The notes under the pieces are model-generated. The model made no database searches. It worked only from the letters and a program-made list of their open reading frames with translations, and was not told where the DNA came from. The position numbers were made by a program, and so were the translations under genes. A stretch of 64,000 bases of DNA from positions 53,630,001 through 53,694,000 of the forward strand of contig NC_043001.1 in the NCBI RefSeq assembly GCF_006345805.1, given 5' to 3'. Position 1 is the stretch's first letter, and the number at the start of each line of letters is the position of its first letter. Shown piece after piece: positions 35,739 through 48,940 of the stretch. The stretch is from Octopus sinensis (lineage: Eukaryota).

Positions 35739-35839
35739 GTATGTATATATATATGCATATATACATATCTATATACATATGCATAAATATATATAGAGTG
35801 ATTTGTTAGTGCATATATATATATATGCATACATAATAC

Positions 35840-35872
<33 letters not shown>

Positions 35873-35910
35873 ATATATATATATATATATACATATATAC
35901 ATATATACGC
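35690..35910. repeat. (CA)n/(AT)n microsatellite complex
   Basis: Direct reading. Confidence 0.93.
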
Positions 35911-37629
35911 TTACAGTTATGCTTATACATGTTGGTGCTTATGCCTTTGTGTATGCATAGAAGCCGTATTATCATGTCCAAATTTACATGTATATCATCA
36001 TAGGTACATGAGACTGAGAAGTATAACCGGCAGCTAGCCGTCATCCACATGGGAATACCTAATTAAATCAGTGTAAATTTAATGTCCGTGTGCCATAAAG
36101 CTCACTTCAGTGTCATTGCTCTAAACCCTCTCTCAGATCTAGAACAAATAAAACCTGGATACAGCATTTGAAAAAACCAGCTGATAGTCAATCAAATACG
36201 ATTCTTTTGTGAGAAGAGTAAATTTCACTGCAAGACAAATCGAAAAGCATATATTCCTCTCGGGGCAACGAGAATGTTTACCAATGATTTCAGGCTAGAG
36301 TTTGTTTTTTCTAAAAGCACAATTTTACTTTTGATAAGATTAATGATATAAAAATGACAGAAGAAATCTACTAAACCAAGATACACGTGATTGATGCAGA
36401 ATGCAGACATAAACACATGAGCTGGCGTTGAAAGCTGTTTACGAGCAAATTTCATGTTTTTGTTTCCTTTTACTATCAAAGTAAGACTGCTGTAAACGGG
36501 TGAAATTCTTAGTTTAACTCAGTTTACGTTACGTAAATATATTAGACGTTGTGTCTCATTTAGATATCTGTTTGCGTCGTTTATCTCGTTTAATTGTCTT
36601 CAAGATTCATAAGAAAATTGCTGTGATTTCTCATATTCTTGTTTCATCACTATTTTTGGATAATTTTAGTATTTCTGTTAGGGTAGCAATCTGGAATACT
36701 ATTATTGACAATTAGGAAGTTGTTTGTTCCCTCGTACCCTTCATTAAAATATCAGAACGATTAGCCTAGCTATTCCTTTTTACATACATTTGTATATCCT
36801 ACATTATGATATTTTATCATCCTCAAGATCCATAAACCGTATATGTTTATCCTACCTCTTTTCGGTTAAACTTCTATAGTTCCATAATTTTAATGCATTG
36901 TTTTTCCACCTATGTCATACCAGCATAGTTAGCCCCACGTAGTATAAGGTAATGAGATCGGATGAATGTCTTTATCTGTTGTTTCCCAGTCTACAGATAT
37001 ATGAAGATACATAATTATTCCGGGTCATTACCTGATGTTGGTAGTTTCAGTGGGTTTTCATTTTGTAATTCAAACAAAGTCCAATGCTGAGATTTCCCCA
37101 GCAATGTTCTCTTTTATGAATAGTGCGTTATGGATATTTTGCCATCATATGTATAAAGGAATCTAAATATAGATGTTGTAAATATGTTTACAGTCGTCTA
37201 AGAGAAAAGCATGTTTCGGTGTCGGCATTCCTATTTATCATGCAGAGAATATTTTCAGAATATGTGAAGCACTGCACACTAATTGCACCAATTTCACGAG
37301 TGTTCTACGAACTCACACACTATTACCTCTCATTACTTCGTTATATAATTTACTCTTTATTTGCAATTTCGTGACCAATAAGTTTATTCCACTAACCATG
37401 ACATGTCGACTCCAAGATTGGTACAATGAGATATTTTGAAGAATAAAGGAATAGCAGTTTTAGTAAACAGTTTGTATGAAGCAAAATGGGATAAATATAC
37501 TAAGATTTATTAACATATCAGATTCAAATATATATTGCAGTCATACCACTGAGAGTTTGAGCGGCCTTTTAATCAAAATCAATTAAACATTAGTCATTCC
37601 TTTCTCAAGATCCAGGAGAACATCCCTCT

Positions 37630-37654
37630 CTATATATATACATATATATGGATA

Positions 37655-37747
<93 letters not shown>

Positions 37748-37752
37748 AAGGG

Positions 37753-37797
<45 letters not shown>

Positions 37798-37815
37798 ATA
37801 TACATGCATATGTGT
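37630..37815. repeat. (CA)n/(AT)n microsatellite complex
   Basis: Direct reading. Confidence 0.93.
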
Positions 37816-38675
37816 ATGGTGCCGCCTCGCACGCGTGTTTGTGTGTATTTATGCAAATAGAAAACTTTAGCAGAGGAGAGGAGACAACTCATTCATCTGC
37901 AGATGCTACGGCCTTATACATAGATAGCATGCCATAGATTGTTTTTTGTTGGGTTTTCCTTTTTCGCTTTCATGTATACCAGTCGGTTTGCTAGTATTAG
38001 TCTTCAAGAAATTAAGCAGAGATGCGACTTGGAAAGTGCAGACGTTAACATGATTCGATCCATTATTGGTACAACAAAAAATGTTTGTGTTGCAGTTTAT
38101 TACACATTTTTAAAATTATATAAATAGTAAAACAAATTATAACCGGCTTTGTGTGCACATGTCTGATTTTTCAAATTGAGTTGAAACAGTTGTAATATGC
38201 CATGCAAGGAAAGCTTCTCATGACGTTACGGCCGTCAAATCCAAACGAAGTTTATCTCTTTCAGATCTGTTACAACTTTTCTATTCTCAGAAGTTTCCAT
38301 TGATTACACACTCCATTAAATCTTTCTATGTTATATGAAACGTATACATAACACACAGAGACACGCTCATACACACATATATTTATATAGATTTATATAA
38401 ATGTGTATGTAACGTGTGTATTTATTTTTAAACTAAATCTGAATAAGTCTGAATAAATAGTGATGATTCATTGGTATATGAATAGATCTAAAAACATATT
38501 TTAAACGATATTTTTAGTTTTCATTTTAACAGAACATAAGAGATAGCTGTAATGTGTTTTAGATATCAAAGGTGTGCATTTCTTAGAATTAGGAGATCTG
38601 ACAGCAAGAAGTAAAATCCAAATAAATTTGGATGAATGGAAAAATATTGCATTCTTTTATTGTTTTATTTTTTAA

Positions 38676-38878
38676 TCTTTTTACTTGTGTCAGTCATTTG
38701 ACTGCGGCCATGCTGGAGCAATACCTTTAGTCGAAGAAATTGACCCATGCTTTATTCTACTACTTATTTAATCGGTCTCTTTTGCCGAACCGCTAAGTAA
38801 CAGGGACGTAAACACACCAACATCAGTGGTGGGGACAAACACAGACACACAAGTGCACACTCACACACATATGTATAC

Positions 38879-38918
<40 letters not shown>

Positions 38919-39070
38919 ATGTATATATATATATTTATACGACGTGCATCTTTCACCTCTACCAAATCCACTCACAAGGATTTGGTTGGCCCGAGGCTAT
39001 AGTAGGAGACACTTGCCCAGTGGGACTGAACCCGGAACCATGTAGTTGACAAGCAAGCTTCTTACCACAC
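38676..39070 (-). mobile_element. SINE family B, near full length, with an internal (AT)/(CA) microsatellite
   Basis: 38935-39070 is homologous to 3430-3584; it continues through the microsatellite into a 3' half ending ccagcatggccgcagtcaaatgactgacacaagtaaaaaga. Confidence 0.82.
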
Positions 39071-40611
39071 GTTAATTTTTTTCTCTTTTGAGTGGTTGAC
39101 TGCAAGCTTCATTCGACTGTGAGCTGGATAATCGTAGGTGCTAATCAGATGTCCGAAGGAATGTTGTGCGTGGGGTATGCTGGTTTATCTACATTTGTAG
39201 CATAATACCTGCAGTATGTGTTGAGGTTATGGAAGCGATCACGATATATTTATAGGTTATAAAATTGTTGAGAATTCGCAAATTAACCGATGGCTTCTGT
39301 ATCAGACAGTGGATACTATTATTGCAAGCAGCCATTAAAGAAACATCTTAATCTTTTCGTGTGAATGCGTGCAGAGATGTGTAGGATATATTTTGATGTT
39401 TTACAAATTAGAAATATCATTCTTTAATATCTTAATGTATGTATCTATTATGATTTGTGTGACATCTACTCTCCATCCACTTGGCACATTTTTTAAAATC
39501 CTCTCCTCGTTCGCACATACGTGAACAGACACATTCTATTACTAATAAATAATATATTTCTGAAGTGAAATTTATCATCAAGCAATAAATATTTCGAAGT
39601 AATTGTCAATGATTTATTAGAAAAAGAGGAAAATTTAATATTGGTATAAGAAAATATATATCACCGTATATGAGTCGCTGACATCCAATGCTAAGGTCAC
39701 TAACTAAACTAAATCGCTGTGTCGTATTAATTTAGTCAGTAAAAGAATCGCGATCATTTGCCTGACAGCTTACCAGCATCATTGAGCTTTATGTGTAATT
39801 GTCTCTGTTTGTAGTACAACAAATTGATTTAATGTGCTATAATTATGATGACAGCAGAATAATGAGCTTGAAATTGTGTTTGTACCTCTATAGGCGTCAT
39901 CGGCACAGTTGTCCTACCTTATCTCTTGTAGATGGGAATTATGCTAAAACATTATACTTCTCTTCTTTTGTAAGTAACTAAGTATCCTTTCTGCAGAAAA
40001 TAATGTAAAACAACAGTTGGGCTGATGATGCATATTGAAAAAGAAAAATAGGTGTATAACTGTCCATATAATCCGGCAATTCTCAGCAGTGCTTACATTC
40101 CTGGCATGACTCTGTTTCAGAATCATCGAGTCTTTGAATGTATTCATAATTCATTTGACATTGATCCCAACTGTTGTTATGTAGTTCTCCTAGCTCCTTT
40201 CGAAACGGAGATGACTTCGGAAACATCAAATATTTATATTATATTGTACCTAATACAGCCTGATTTGTTTTCTCTGTACAAAGACATCCTACTCTCTTCC
40301 GGGAGTTATATTCCTTACCTCATTTTAGTTTTATGCAAACAAATAATTAATAATAAATTTCAAGTGTAATTACTGTAAAAAAAATACTACAGCAGTTCTC
40401 GCCCGATGTTTGTTACCACCATAAATAACATTAAGTTACTGACCTTTCTATGGACGAAATGAGGATACGTTGCCTTATGAATATTTAAGAAGACGAGAAA
40501 TCTTTCAAATCGAGACTATTCTCTTGACTGTTGAGAAATAAAATTCTTTGATATATATTCTGTAACTATTTTCACCGTAATTATAAAATGTACATAGCCA
40601 TGAATATATAC

Positions 40612-40647
<36 letters not shown>

Positions 40648-42159
40648 ATGTCTGAGTGTGTGTGCGTGTGTATGTGTGTCTGTGTATGTGTGACGGTGTG
40701 TGTGTGTGACTCTGTGTGTGTATATATCTATGTATGTATGTATGTGTATGTGTGTATGCGAGTACAATTGTATGAGTACCGCAAATTATCGATTTGCATT
40801 AAAAAAATATTAGAATTTTCAAAGGAAATATTTTCTTGAATATCGAAAAGTAATACCATACCATACTGTGTTGCAACATTTAGAAAACAGAAAGAAGAAA
40901 TAATATCTGCAAATCGATAAATCGATAGATGAATACTAATATCAAAAAAGTGTAACGAAATTTACACCTGATCATCGCCTAGGACACACAAATTAAATGA
41001 ATAGGAATTAGAATAAAACCAATATGAAAACCAGTGCATTATACTTTGTGAAGATTGCTGGACCATCCGTTGAATGGCAATGCATAACATTGTTTTTATA
41101 GCAAACTATATTCTTTTGTAATGTTTTTAGTGAAGTTATTATCCTTAGATATTCGAAATAATTTTCAGAATAGAATAAAATTGAGTAAGATTTTTTTTTT
41201 GTGTTTATTGACAAAAACACTATTGTCTTCATAATTACTAAATAATTAGTTGTTCTACTTTCAGCGCCTTTGACCTCCTGAAAAACAATTCGACATAAAA
41301 TCAATAGTTATGTTTACCGGCAGTTTATAGAAATTATGTCTAGGTATACTGAATGACACAATATCTCTGACATTTATTCGTTTTGTTCTTATTCGTTACT
41401 CATACGTTGGTTGAAACGGTCAATACGTAACTATTAGCCATCTCATTTTGTTATACGCTAGAACATATTGAGATTTTTCAGTTGTTTATTTTCTTACAAG
41501 GAACATTAATAGAAATAAGCAATATTTTCCCCAATATTATTGATCATTTAGAGTATCAATTGATTTCGATTAAATCACATTTGATATCAATATACCATCG
41601 TCTTCTAAATCCCGAATCTTTCATTGATCGGCTTTGCAGTCGATTAAGTCTTAATCACACTATATCAAAACAACGAAGACGGCATGGTCTTTGCCTGAAC
41701 TCATTTGATCAGGAATTAAAAAGTTTTAAATACTAATAGCAACAAGATCAACCATTGTGTCCGTCTTGCTAGAAGAAATACCAAACCTGCTATAGACAAA
41801 TTACATTATTTGAAAGTATTAAAGTTTACTTTATCTATATTGTATGTCACTAATTTTTAACCATCGTAGTCTTTTAAACTTAGAGATATCCTCTACCGTT
41901 TGTTTTTATTATTAACTAGAAACACCACTGCTATATATGTGAAGAAAGTTTCACGTGCTGCATATTTCCAGAATTCCTAGGAAAGTATTTCAGAATCTTA
42001 AGGAATTGCATGGATGCTTCATATGTAGTATTTTTCATAGGTCAATTATTAGTTTAGTTTGTATTATTATTTTAGTTTGTATTTTACATAAAGATCTGCA
42101 TATGATTTTGTTCATATATCTACTGTTTTGCTCGCCTATAAAAGGTTTGAAAACAAACA

Positions 42160-42530
42160 TGGCGTTGAAAGCAGAATGGACCAGATTGTCACTTGTTGGA
42201 GTGAACAACAAGGTCAAAAAACAGACGGACTTTTGCCGGAAAATAGAGTTCAATACCTGGAAACGATATATGGAGTCTGCTACTATCTCTAGCAAGTCAA
42301 CTCCTGATAGGAAACGATCAATTCGTACGTAACAAACTGTTGAAACTGTGAAGAATTGAATGAACCGAAATCCAGCAAAAGCGCAAGAAAAGCTGCAAAG
42401 CTCTTGATACTTCGAAATCATCAATGCACAGGACATATAAGGAGGATTTAAAGCTAACTGCAGTTAATTCTAGCAGCTTCCAACAAGAAACGGCTTGACA
42501 GGGGTAAACCCCTGTTGGCTGAGATGAAGC
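42160..42530 (+). mobile_element. Tc1/maT-like transposase N-terminal remnant
   Basis: RKRSIRT.QTVETVK..MNRNP and cgcaagaaaagctgcaaag...SKSSMHR..KEDLKL resemble the paired-like HTH region; frameshifted. Confidence 0.45.
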
Positions 42531-43719
42531 AAACCGTTAAAAAGTGTTGCTCGAGAATTAACAATGTGATCAATATTATTAACATTTTCAAAGTATCAAA
42601 GTGAATCAAATGTACCCCCGATTTCTAATATATGTGATGCGTTGCTAATTATATACCTGCAGAACAAGCCATTTTTAACAATTTTATAATTTTGTCTGCA
42701 ATAAATATTATTTATTGACTTAATTTTTCAATGCCATGTATAATTGCGGGAAATTTTACATTAATTGACGTGTGCGTCAATAATATAGTTTATTCAACAG
42801 CCAATTAATCTGCTTGGATGTTGTTGCTTCATCTGATAAAAATAGTAGAATTTAATCTCAGTGAAATTATATCACAGTGTGACAAATAGCTGGTTACACA
42901 GAAGTTGACCTATGATAAAGTAAAATGCGGTAAAGTTTCTCCTAACACAACATCCACTTTTAAGTGAAGATAATTATAACATCTGAAAATATGTCGACAT
43001 AATCTTGGATGGGTTACACAGAGATAGGAAGGATTTAATTAAAACCCTTAGGAAATTTTTTATATTGGTAATTTTGAAACAAAACTATCGGATAATTCGG
43101 GGAGAGAGACTGGAACTAGTTTCTCAAGAATACTATAGAATTCAAATTGAAATCCACTGATATCATTTTAATTTTCTAACTGTAACAAGTATCATTCATT
43201 CGGGAGTTACATATTTAAGCTCTTTAGATCATTTTATTAATCAATAAGAAAACTCAAATGCATTCTTAATAGAAATATAAGTAACGCGATTGTACTTTTA
43301 AACTTTTTCGCTTAATTTACAGAAAATTAGCTAGAATCAATATAATTGGTATTAAAGCACATAAAATATAATCAACTATTAACATTTATGAAGATAACTA
43401 CATTCCCGCAGGCATATCTTAGTAGGTTTACGTTCAATAACGAACATCAATGAATAAATCTGATGCAAACGGCATACGATACGAAGGAATATTGGTATTC
43501 TTTCTAATAATATGGGTATTAAAACGTGGTATGTATTGTACATCACGTTGTAGGAGCATTGACGAAAGAGAACACCTGTAGAAACATGACGTTTTTGGCT
43601 TAGTTGTGTGTCAAACCGTTTTTTGAATTCAAGTTTCAAATTACAAAGGTTCTAGTTGGACGTTAAGTTCAATAGTTGTGAATATATAATGTATAATTTT
43701 AAAGAAGTAATGTAACTTA

Positions 43720-43761
<42 letters not shown>

Positions 43762-43777
43762 ATATATACATATATAT

Positions 43778-43988
43778 AAAATTAGAAAGTACCACCTTTT
43801 ATCAATTCAAAATGAACAATTAAAGTACACCATCTAGAAAATTACACGTGACGTTATTCTACCAATTATATACGTTTTTATTATTTTCTTGCAAGTTTAG
43901 TTTTAATATTTCTCTTATATGTAATTTTCTAGATGGTGTAATTTAATTGTTCATTTTGAATTTATAAAAAGTGGTTCTTTCTAATTTT
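43778..43988. repeat. ~69 bp inverted repeat with ~73 bp spacer between (AT)n tracts
   Basis: Arms 43778-43846 and 43920-43988 are reverse complements with a few mismatches. Confidence 0.92.
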
Positions 43989-44083
43989 TTACATATATAT
44001 ATTATATTGTGTGAAATTTGATTTAGTATTTCTAAATTGAATTTCTTCCCTGTAAGTTAGGATTAATATTCCCTCAAATAATG

Positions 44084-44152
<69 letters not shown>

Positions 44153-44288
44153 TATTATTATTAATAATATTATTATTATATTATTATTATTTTATATATA
44201 TATATATATATATAATATATATATATATATATTATATATATATTATATATATATATATATACATATACATACACATATGCATATATAT
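44084..44288. repeat. (AAT)/(ATT)n-(AT)n microsatellite complex
   Basis: Direct reading. Confidence 0.95.
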
Positions 44289-44929
44289 TAGGGTTATGAC
44301 TTTTTCACAACCTAATAACCCTATTCGACGAATACTTTTTTAAAAGCCAAGAAACTAACATATATTTTACTTTATTTGAACAAAAAAACGTCACTCCGAC
44401 TTAAGAGATCGATCACCACTTTTGACCCAAATCATTCAAGATTCTTGTGAGGTTCATAATGCCTGCTCAAGTTTCTACCAAACTTGGTCTACTGACTCAA
44501 CGCAATGCAGAAATATTATATCTGAATTTTCAGCTTTCTAAATGAAGTAGTTTCGGAGTTATGGGTTTTTAAATCTATAATCATTAGATTGCACTAGATT
44601 CACACTTCAGTATTTCTACTGCCTAATCCTTGTAAATGAAAGAGCGATGTAGAATAGTAGTGTATTTATACACTTTTAAGATTACTGTATTGAATTTGCT
44701 CTATGCAAAGGTTCAAAACTAGTCTAATTTAACACAGAGGCTACTACAAGCATTCGATAACATGCAAAAGTAAAACTACATATTTTTAATTTTATAGGTT
44801 TAATTCCAATTTTAAATAACTCTGTAAGGAAAAGGGTGCTGAATATTAGAAAAAAATTTAAACATAGCAAAAAATCATATGCTTTATTAAATAAAATATA
44901 TCGACGCTGAAGTTTCTCCTCCTTACAAA

Positions 44930-45420
44930 CATCATATAGATAATGAAGGCATTTGATTGCTCGTTCTACACTCTCATTCTTTCTGGGAATTTCCAGGTTT
45001 TGATGATTCTCAACTTCAAATGTCTTTTACAAAGTTCAATGATTTATTATGAACTACCACATAGGCTACCACATAACATCTGATAAACAAGTGCATTGAA
45101 CATTTGGTCAGTAAGCCAAATATCTGCCCAGCTGTAAGAGATGAATCCACAAACATCGAGAAGCAAATCTCTTTGCTCTGATAGCAGAATAAATGCTAAA
45201 AGAGGTAGTATTGCTCTAGAATTCCATCCTGCATTACTTCAGTTGGGTATTTTTCGAAAATTTACAGTAGGAAATTTACCGGTTTCTTCAAAGAAACGAA
45301 AAACAATGATCAAAGGAAATAGAAGTTTCATGTCATCTCGCTAACCTGCTGATTCAGTAATCTTTTCTTCACCATTGTTGAAATTAGCGTAGAGTTTCTC
45401 ATAATTACTTAGAAGCTCTA
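44930..45420 (-). mobile_element. Degenerate DNA transposase C-terminal remnant (superfamily uncertain)
   Basis: Minus strand SNAGWNSRAIL..LAFIL, FISYSWADIWLTDQMFN, IPRKNESVERAIK with in-frame stops; the ERAIK-type motif recalls cut-and-paste transposases. Confidence 0.4.
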
Positions 45421-45851
45421 GGATGAATGTATATATATACAATATATATAATATTAGCATATGCAGTAAGAAATTAGAAGCTCTAAAACTCCTAAACTAC
45501 TTAAAATTGAAAGCTGAAATTTGAGATATACTACTTCTGCATTGCATTAAGGCAGCTCACCAAGTTTGATAAAAACTTGAGTAGGCATTAGGAACACCCG
45601 CCTAGAATTTTGCATGATTTAGGTAAAAAATGGTGTCAGATTTCTTCAGCTGGAGATGACGTTTTTTAAAAAAAAACTTAAAAGATATTTTCCCTATTTA
45701 TTTGAAACTGTTCATCGACATTCCATACAGGAAATTTACTTCTAAAAATATAAAAAAGTAATAACTCTAATACATATATATGTGTGTGTGTATGTGTGTG
45801 TATGTGTGTATGTGTGAGTGTGTATGTGTGTTGCGTGTGTGTATGTTTGTT

Positions 45852-46437
45852 ATAATAATTACTTAAGTAACGAGATGGATTTGGTTTTAATCTTTATTCC
45901 GTACTACGGTCGTTTCGAGCCATCCTGCTATGATCTCTAATGGGTGGGACTCTGTTTAGCATGTTTCATTGCATCACTTCTGCAGTCTGGATCTCCTCCG
46001 GTACATCCATGTATATAAAGTCGTGTCTCGCTAAAGGTCCTGTGTTTTGGCTGTCATGTTGTTATATGTCAGTCTATTTAGGGAATGAAGCATTTCTACA
46101 ATTTTCAATTACTATTATCCTTCTTGAATAAGAGATGCAAGCACTTGTAAATGTAGACAAATAACTGTTGATAAAAATAATTATAGTTTGTAGGGGACGT
46201 TAATGGATGGATATGGATGGATTGAGTTACATTGGATTTAAGACAGAGGAATGGTACAAGAAGAAAGAAGGGAGAGATATATTTGCAGGCCGTAATGGCT
46301 AGACTGCAAAATTGATGCAACACATGTTGAACTGGGTCCTGTCCATAAAGGACAATAGAAAGATGGGTCGAAACGACCGTTGTACAATATAATGATGACT
46401 ACCAAATCCATCTTCTCGTTACTTAAGTAATTATTAT
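45852..46437. mobile_element. ~585 bp element bounded by diverged ~140 bp inverted repeats
   Basis: 45852-45990 vs reverse complement of 46299-46437 share ataataattacttaagtaacgag, gatggatttgg, acggtcgtttcga, ttgcatca and tgcagtct. Confidence 0.7.
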
Positions 46438-46689
46438 TATCTTAACTAACACCGCGGAGTTCTTGAATTAGATCTAACGGAACTATATCCCAAATACGGA
46501 TGATATCAGGTAGCCCAAAACGTGCCAGTGCTCTAATCACAACTTCAATACACTAATCGACATATACCCGTTAGTCCTAAATATTAAATATATATGTATG
46601 CATGTCATTATTCAGCTTTATTTCAAAATTTCTTCCCAATAGATCCAAGGTCCCTTCTTTGGAAGTTCAACATCAACTACGGGGTAGTT

Positions 46690-46812
46690 TTGTATGTATG
46701 TATGTATGAATGAATGTATGAATTATGTATGTGTGCGTTATGTATGTATGTATGTATGTATGTATGTATGTATGTATGTATGTATGTATGTATGTGTATG
46801 TATGAATGTATG
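46690..46812. repeat. (GTAT)n, tail of the adjacent minus-strand LINE
   Basis: Direct reading. Confidence 0.93.
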
Positions 46813-47205
46813 TATAAGTGCAGATTTGTATGTTTTGTTTTATGCATGTTTTCTCATGCATATAATTGTATATCTAGACATGACCTTATATACTTAATGA
46901 TAAACTTCTGGAAAGTTTTAGAGATTTTTACACTTCCAATGATGGCGTGGCTCTGTAGTCATCGAATTCGCATTCTTCTATCTGATTTTGAGAAGCCTAA
47001 ATTCTCAAGATTGGTACTTATTCAGTGTGTTACATATCTCAGGGTCCCAATAATTACAGGCATACACTTGTAATCTGGATAGAGTAACAGCAGATTTCTC
47101 AAAAGTTCAGCGTAGATATTCTCATTTTCAGTGATCTTCAGCTTTATGTTAACATCTGCTAGGCATCTGATTTCCACAACTATACACAGTTTCTCTTCTC
47201 CATGT
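46813..47205 (-). mobile_element. RLE-type LINE 3' fragment
   Basis: Minus strand EKLCIVVEIRCLADVNIKLKITENENIYAELLRNL..LYPDYK..PVIIGTL..NLENLGF..IIGSVKISKTF*, then 3' UTR and (TACA)n. Confidence 0.72.
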
Positions 47206-47309
47206 CTATTGTGTTTACATATTATTTAGGTATTAACTGGTACATTCCACCATTACTTCTTTTTATTATGAGTGACTATGGCTTCAACCATGCTGTAGGT
47301 TCTTATTTC

Positions 47310-47397
47310 TATGTATGTATGTATGTATGTATGTATGTATGTATGTATGTATGTATGTATGTATGTATGTATGTATGTATGTATGTATGTATGTATG
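47310..47397. repeat. (ATGT)n microsatellite
   Basis: Direct reading. Confidence 0.97.
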
Positions 47398-48940
47398 CAC
47401 GTACACATGTATATATATATATGTATACACACCTGTCAAAATAGATTTGGAAAATATTATTCACGATACAAAGTGCTTGGTGTATTTCTATTAACACTGA
47501 ATCAATAATGCAGTAGGAAGGCAGTATGATAGCTAATGAAAAAAAATAACTGAATCTGGACATTTATATACATTCCTGAACCAATTTATCTATTTTATTA
47601 CTATATCGATGGTCAATTTTCATGCAGCATTCCTTGATATACTTGGCTATTTTTACGTCAATATTTAAACCAATGTTTTCGAAAGTGCCCCACTGTAACA
47701 CCTATAACCATACAATTACAGGGTATACAGATTTATAAATTAGGTATATATTCAAATCGAAATATTTGGAAAATATGCAACCCTAAGTAGAATATAATAC
47801 CGTTCAATAGTTTGTTGTGTCATCTACGTTTTGATCCAATTTAATAAAATTATTGTTATAGCCTAGGTTAGATAAGCAACATATAAATGGATACTTATAT
47901 AGATTTGTCATAATTTTTTAACCCTAAAAGCATGCATATCAGTAGATATCATAAGATATTTGCGAGTTGTTTATTGAAACGTATGTATGCATTCATACTT
48001 GGAAGTGAAAAACACTAATAAATAATTCTAAGCCATTGTTGTAAGTGCTTTTGTTTTCTCAGTTTTACTCCGTCTACGATGCGCCTGTAATTTTATAGCA
48101 TAATATTCCAATTCGAACATTTCTCTAATATAATCACTGCAACGCATATAATTTTGAAAATTGATGCATTTTCCTATAACGCTTGTCATTCATTATGTAT
48201 TAGACTGTCAAAGTCTATTTCTACATTTGCTCCAGTTCACTTGAATGTATATAATCTGCAATAGCCATGCTCAAATATTATGAAACAAGACAGATTAACA
48301 TGTTTCGTTAAATTTTATTATTGGCGAAATAGTATTCCTCATTCTAACAACTTCGATACCATTGTGTCACTGACATAAAAACTGAAGCAACAAATAAATC
48401 AACATAGATATAATCATACATACAAATTATTTACTGATTCGCATATGTTTTCTCTCAAATACAAACCCAGCTTCACATAAAATACTTGAAAACGACTTAT
48501 TCTAAACATTGCTCTTTAAAGTTAAACTTCAAAAATATCTACAGCAATATATTGCTGTAGATATATAAGGAGATGGGAAAATCTGATGACTTTTTCTATC
48601 AAATCTATGTAATTATATCTCTAAATTACAAAATAAATTCAGGACAATGTATTGCTTTTTATTTACTTTATATTCCATATATGAATTGGAATTCTCAGAA
48701 AAAAATTTAATTTGAAACTATTTATTCCAAGTATTGTTTTTCAAAAATATTTAGTGAAAAACCACTATATGAATGTTTGGATATAAATTACTGGCACATA
48801 AATATCCAATTTTATTAGCTGTTCTTCAAGCATTCTTCAAGTATTTGTCAGGAACTACTCAAACAGTAACCTTGAAAATGTTTCATAATTACGGTTTCAT
48901 TATTATCTTTTTTATTCATGTATATGTCATATTGTAAATA

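Noticed and set aside
36225-36479. 84-aa minus-strand ORF as a membrane-protein exon
   Set aside because: No recognisable motif and no consistent splice sites framing it
39931-39968. Small candidate exons with good splice signals (also 50548-50592 on + and ~40100-40230 on -)
   Set aside because: Short open frames bounded by AG/GT arise often by chance in AT-rich DNA; phases do not chain together and no homology was recognised
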